A stretch of DNA of 64,000 bases from Pristiophorus japonicus (Eukaryota): assembly GCF_044704955.1 (NCBI RefSeq), contig NC_091997.1, positions 64,976,001 to 65,040,000 of the forward strand, in the 5' to 3' direction. Position 1 is the first letter of the stretch. Each line of letters begins with the position of its first letter. Positions 60,880 to 64,000 of the stretch are shown piece by piece. Below the pieces are notes generated by a model. The model was not told the origin of the DNA. It searched no databases and worked only from the letters and a program-made list of their open reading frames with translations. Made by a program: the position numbers and the translations under genes.

Positions 60880-61410
60880 GAAATTGCACCCTAGGTTTCA
60901 GGCCGCCTGCAATTTCTGCAGCCTGGAGGAGTCCGTTTCCCATGTATACATAGAGTGCGAGAGATTGCAGCCCTTCTTCCGCTATTTGAAGAGGCTACTC
61001 CTCAATCTTTGGTTGCAGTTCAGTCCCACGCTCCCGATCTCTGGTCACCTGATGGGGGAGGGGGGGTAAATCGAGCAGGTTGGGGGACCTCCGCATGGGA
61101 CTACTCCTGGGCCGGTCTGAGTTGGCCATGAACAGGTCCGGGCAACGAGCGGTCGAGGGGTTTGTTCGGCCCAACTGCCTGCCTCTCTTCTATGGCTACG
61201 TTCATGCCCGGGTATCCCTGCAGAGGGAGCATGCAGGGTCTACCTGTACGCTCGAGGCCTTCCGTGACCGGTGGGAGTGCTTCATCAATCCCCGAGAGAC
61301 AAATTTTAATTTGATTTGTTACAGTTCCTATAAAAGTTTCTTTGAAGTTAGAGATTATGGGTTAAGAAAGTGTTTCCTAATTGGTTCATCAATTGTTTTA
61401 ACCAATAAGA
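60880..61410 (+). mobile_element. Tx1-like LINE ORF2 C-terminus and 3' UTR (frameshifted)
   Basis: CNFCSLEESVSHVYIECERL, a CxxC..HxxxxC knuckle typical of L1/Tx1 ORF2. Confidence 0.75.
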
Positions 61411-61417
61411 AGTAGAT

Positions 61418-61930
61418 CCTTGCAGCACCTATGGATTTGCAGCCTTGCAGCACCCATGAAAATGCACCCTTGTAGCACCCATGGAAATGCACCCTTGCAG
61501 CACCCATGGAAATGCGCCCTTGCAGCCCCCGTGGATTTGCAGCCTTGCGGCACCCATGGATTTGCACCCTTGCAGCACCCATGGATTTGCACCCTTGCAG
61601 CACCCATAGATTTGCATCCTTGCAGCACCCATGGAAATGCACCCTTGTAGTACCCATGGAAATGTATCCTTGCAGCACCCATAGAAATGTATCCTTGCAG
61701 CACCCATCCAGCATCCATGGATTTGCAGCACCCATGGGAATGCACCCTTGTAGCACCCATAGAAATGTACCCTTGTAGCACCCATAGAAATGTACCCTTG
61801 CAGCATCCATGGATTTGCAGCCTTGCAGCACCCATGGATTTGGAGCCTTGCAGCACCCATGGAAATGCACCCTTGCAGCACCCATGGATTTGGAGCCTTG
61901 CAGCACCCATGGAAATGCACCCTTGCAGCA
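61418..61930. repeat. 25-bp minisatellite (CCTTGCAGCACCCATGGA[AA/TT]TGCA[C/G]), ~20 units
   Basis: Directly visible. Confidence 0.95.
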
Positions 61931-62534
61931 GGCAACAGCATCAACAAAAGAGCAAGAAAACAGTAATAAATTCACAAACAAAAATAGCTTGCAGATAAAG
62001 CAGCCCAGAGAAAGCTCTAATTCAATCATTCAGTTAGAAGCCAGATTACACAGCGACATATAAAAAGTACAAGAATTCTCTGTGCGGGATCTGTGCAGTG
62101 ACAGGCACCATTGAGGAAGGACACAGGCCCCGCAGGATGCAAAGATCTCTTCAATCAAAAACTACAAAACGAGATAGAAGCTATTAATCTCCAAACAATT
62201 AACAGATCTTTTCATATTATTGTTTTTTTTATAAATTATCAGAGGAGAGTAACACGGTGGGGGATCTGGTTCAGACTCATCCAAACGCGAAGGGGTAATC
62301 ACTGAATTCTTCAATTCTCCTCGATGTATTGAGATCTGAGGGAGACTCTGAAACAACTGCCTCAGATCTGACAGCTTTACTGTAGGAGCATTGCATGCTG
62401 CTTTCCACAGCGCTGCCTTTGGCTGACATCTTCCCCCTGATTGGAGCTCGCATGATAAGCTCCAGTCAGCTTGTGACCTGGGGACAGGAAGGGTTGGCGG
62501 GGCGTCGGGAGCATTGAGCTTTGAGCAATGGATC

Positions 62535-63105
62535 TGGGCAAGGTGCCAGAGGATTGGTGGACTGCTAATGTAGTACCCTTGTTTAAGAAGGGAGAAAGGG
62601 ATAGGCCGAGTAATTACAGGCCTGTCAGCCTAATCTCAGTGGTGGGAAAATTATTGAAAAAAATCCTGAAAGACAGAATAAATCTGCATTTGGAAAGGCA
62701 AGGATTAATTAGGGACAGTCAGCACGGATTTGTTAGGGGAAGATCGTGTTTGAATTTTTTGAGGAGGTAACCAAGAGGGTCGATTAGGTAGTGCATATGA
62801 TGTAGTATATATGGACTTTAGCAAGGCTTTTGATAAGGTCCCACATGGTAGATTGGTCATGAAGGTTAAAGCCCATGGGATTCAGGGCAAAGTGGCAAGT
62901 TGGATCCAAAATTGGCTTGGAGGTAGGAAGCAAAGGGTAATGGTTGATAGATGTTTTTGTGACTGGAAGGATATTTCCACTGGGGTTCCGCAGGGCTCAG
63001 TGCTGGGTCCCTTGCTTTTTGTGGTATATATCAACGATTTAGATTTGAATATAGGGAGTATAATTAAGAAGTTTGCAGATGACACTAAAATTGGCTGCGT
63101 GGTTG
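62535..63105 (+). mobile_element. CR1 LINE RT-domain fragment
   Basis: VPEDWWTANVVPLFKKG..NYRPVSL; DFSKAFDKVPH; GVPQGSVLGPLLF; KFADDTKI. Confidence 0.92.
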
Positions 63106-64000
63106 TGTAAGGGTTGGTCCCAGGGTCAGGTTCACCTCTGACCTACTTGAGCGGTTCAAATCTCTCCCACTCCCTTGGGTTCTAGACTCTGGGTTTATTT
63201 GGGGGTGTGATAAAGTGCAAAGAACAACTAATTTGATGCAAAAGAACTTTGATTTTATTACAGACAAGAAAATACAATGTCAAACTTATAATCACTCGAA
63301 TAAGGAATACATTACACATTCAAAGGGGGTTACAGTAAAAATTACACCTCCCACCTCCCAATACCTAATCCTAGCTAGGTCAGACTCCAGGGCAGGCAGG
63401 GACTTACCAATCCTTTCTGGTCAGTTAGCGGTAGTTCACGATTTCGGGGTTTGTTGAACTCTGTAGGTTCTGCTTGCCGTACCCCAAACGTCGGAGAAGA
63501 CTTCTTACTGCGCAATCTTCAGTTGGGTTGAGTCCGCTGATGCAGTAAGGCGCGTTTTGGATCTATGGGGTAAGTACCCGGTTTCCTTCGTTAGAAATAG
63601 GTTCAAAGTCTCTTTAGATAATGTTTTCACCTGTTGGTAGTCAGGACTTAGATTGTAGAGTGGAAACTTTCGATTCTTCGGTTTCTTTCTGTTGGAGTTT
63701 TGTTTCGAGTTTGGTCGATCGCGGTGGTACCACTTTGGCTGTGGTCGGTTGCTGCTGCGATGGTGATGTTCTTCCTTCCTTCAGGACTTCGAGGCTGGAG
63801 AAGTTAGTTTACAACTGTCACATTGGTTTCTCTCCTTTCTTGATGACATACTCGCAGTATAGCACCTGGTGTAGCATGGCATACCCTCTGTTAAAACAGG
63901 GGGCCAGTTATACGGTTTGAGTTGTCCTAATCTTCGCGTCAAATCGGTCCAGGATTCTTTGTTTAAATTTGGTGGGCTTGACATTGCTTTGTAATATTTT
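63106..64000 (-). mobile_element. Probable long LTR inserted into the CR1 (runs off the window)
   Basis: CR1 RT stops abruptly at TGTAAGGG; AATAAA on the minus strand ~90 bp from that end; no internal ORF seen. Confidence 0.45.

Noticed and set aside
61355-62063. Cys/His-rich ORFs (GCCKGAFPWVLQ repeats)
   Set aside because: Translations of the 25-bp minisatellite.

Overview
Repeat-dense vertebrate DNA. The repeat complement (Deu-domain SacSINE1-like SINE, CR1/L2/RTE/Tx1 LINE fragments, Penelope termini) points to a cartilaginous fish (inference). No intact host gene was identified; the long ORFs come from retroelements or tandem repeats. The window holds two full-length, frameshifted Ty3/Gypsy (Mag-like) LTR retrotransposons, three solo LTRs of the same families, a 3.6-kb 33-bp minisatellite with a higher-order duplication, a TA-flanked pogo/Tigger-like MITE, Penelope ends with a minimal hammerhead ribozyme, and an intronless STRIP1/2 fragment fused to a non-autonomous RTE element. 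The standout is two ~350-bp poly(A)-tailed, TSD-flanked copies (49575-49923 and 59464-59817) of a short retroposon assembled from spliceosomal snRNA modules (U2 5' end, U1 stem-loop I, U2 Sm/SLIII x2/SLIV, U2 SLI again, structured tail). It resembles SINEU, which I know only from crocodilians. Tx1-like fragments nearby are the candidate mobiliser. All calls are by eye and from remembered consensus sequences; no searches were run, and boundaries of degraded repeats are approximate.
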